Shown: one piece after another, positions 63,070 to 64,000 of the stretch | Position numbering within the stretch: position 1 is the stretch's first letter | How the letters are laid out: each line of letters begins with the position of its first letter | Assembly: GCA_040905475.1 (NCBI GenBank) | Contig: JBBDRM010000096.1 | Coordinates: forward strand, 4,318-68,317 | Direction of reading: 5' to 3' | From: Actinomycetota bacterium | GTDB taxonomy: Bacteria > Actinomycetota > AC-67 | Length of the DNA stretch: 64,000 nt | Notes under the pieces: generated by a model | Database searches by the model: none | What the model saw: the letters and a program-made list of their open reading frames with translations, nothing else | Told to the model about the DNA's origin: nothing | Translations under genes and position numbers: made by a program

Positions 63070-64000
63070 GATTCTGTCTCAGTTCTTCCCGGCGAGCGAC
63101 CCGCCGAGCTGGTGGGTCGGCGAGCCCGCGAGACCATCGGGACGCGTGGACGTAATGTTCCGCGACCGTCGCGAGGCGGGTCGCGTCCTTGCAGCGCGGC
63201 TCGACTTCTTGCGCACCGAGGATCCCGTCGTCGTGGGCCTCCCCCGCGGAGGCGTCCCGGTGGCGGCCGAGGTCGCGCGCGAGCTCGGTGCGCCTCTCGA
63301 CGTCCTCGTCGTTCGAAAGCTCGGCTGCCCGTGGCAGCCGGAACTGGGAATGGGCGCCGTCGGCGAGGGAGGGATCATCGTCCTGAACGAGGACCTCGTC
63401 GCCCGATTTGGCCTTAGCCGCGACGACGTCGAAACGGTCGCCCGCGCCGAGCGGCAGGAGCTCGAACGTCGAGTTCGCCGGTATCGCGGGGATCGGGCGG
63501 CCACGTCCCTGGAGGGCCGCACGGTGATCGTGGTCGATGACGGCATCGCGACTGGGTTCACGGTCCGAGCAGCGGTCGCGATCGCGCGGCGGCGCGGCGC
63601 CCGGCGCGTGGTACTGGCGACCCCAGTCGCGCCGTCCAGGACCGTCGAAGAGCTCGCCCGCGTCGCCGACGACGTCGTGACGATGGAGGAGCCCGAGGAG
63701 TTTCTCGCCATAGGCCAGTTCTACGAGGACTTCACGCAGACTAGCGACGAGGAGGTCGCGGCGTATCTGGCTGGGAGCATGCTGCCCCTCGTCGAGGCCG
63801 TGGGAACGGCCGATCCTCCCGACCCTGTCGAGATCGACCTCTCGGAGGTGCGTCTCGCCGGCGACCTGACGCTCCCGGCCGACCCCGTCGGCGTCATCGT
63901 CTTCGCCCATGGGAGCGGGAGCAGCCGCCTGAGCCCGAGGAACCGCTTCGTCGCACGAGCGCTCAACGAGGGCAGGCTGGCGACGCTGCTGTTCGACCTG
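63026..64000 (+). CDS. phosphoribosyltransferase domain fused to an alpha/beta (dienelactone) hydrolase, Rv0571c-like; 3' end beyond the window
   Basis: Own translation (open to the window end, so absent from the ORF track). FRDRREAGRVLA, GLPRGGVPVAAEVA, VIVVDDGIATGFT, then VIVFAHGSGSSRLSPRN. The N-terminal 43 aa carry FPASDPPSWW. An alternative start is at ATG 63155. Confidence 0.8.
   Translation, partial: MVRTAAEAREERIDEILSQFFPASDPPSWWVGEPARPSGRVDVMFRDRREAGRVLAARLDFLRTEDPVVVGLPRGGVPVAAEVARELGAPLDVLVVRKLGCPWQPELGMGAVGEGGIIVLNEDLVARFGLSRDDVETVARAERQELERRVRRYRGDRAATSLEGRTVIVVDDGIATGFTVRAAVAIARRRGARRVVLATPVAPSRTVEELARVADDVVTMEEPEEFLAIGQFYEDFTQTSDEEVAAYLAGSMLPLVEAVGTADPPDPVEIDLSEVRLAGDLTLPADPVGVIVFAHGSGSSRLSPRNRFVARALNEGRLATLLFDL

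Noticed and set aside
1-64000. CRISPR arrays, rRNA genes, intact tRNAs, IS elements with inverted repeats.
   Set aside because: No regularly spaced repeats, rRNA-like conserved stretches, foldable cloverleaves or transposase ORFs were seen. A manual scan cannot exclude short or degenerate elements.

Overview
High-GC (by eye about two-thirds G+C, not computed) actinobacterial-type chromosome segment, densely coding on both strands. It has three parts. (i) 1-1.4 kb is a visibly lower-GC flank with a class V aminotransferase and a CDP-alcohol phosphatidyltransferase fragment. (ii) About 1.6-22.9 kb is a copper/redox resistance island. It carries TetR, cupredoxins, an ECF sigma factor, an adenylate cyclase-YHS fusion, a FtsX-type ABC exporter whose ATPase has a YHS/TRASH domain, CsoR, an OmpR/HK pair, a CcdA/thioredoxin-fold module and a cupredoxin-CopA-YHS P-type ATPase. 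It ends in a frameshifted tyrosine integrase and is bracketed by two tRNA-Sec/Ser-like 3' half remnants. (iii) About 23-64 kb holds an SQR operon and an Rrf2-NirK locus, followed by a dormancy/hypoxia (DosR/DevR-type) gene supercluster: USPs, CBS and CBS-BON proteins, GAF kinase, NarL regulator, PncB, FBP aldolase/phosphatase, aeRF1-like protein, S2P-CBS protease, HAD-GH65, hemerythrin, Rv2004c-like kinase and PRTase. The most notable observations are these. First, a recurring 16-17 bp palindrome AGGGnCC-N2-3-GGnCCCT sits in most promoter gaps of part iii, including upstream of the NarL regulator. Second, there is a four-member family of receiver-like proteins with a conserved Cys triad, which is my best candidate for an undescribed module. 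Third, YHS/TRASH domains are fused to three unrelated enzymes. Fourth, the load of frameshifts, truncations and chimeric ORFs is unusually high (assembly error or gene decay). No rRNA, CRISPR array or intact tRNA was recognised. All family names come from motif recognition by eye; no searches were run.
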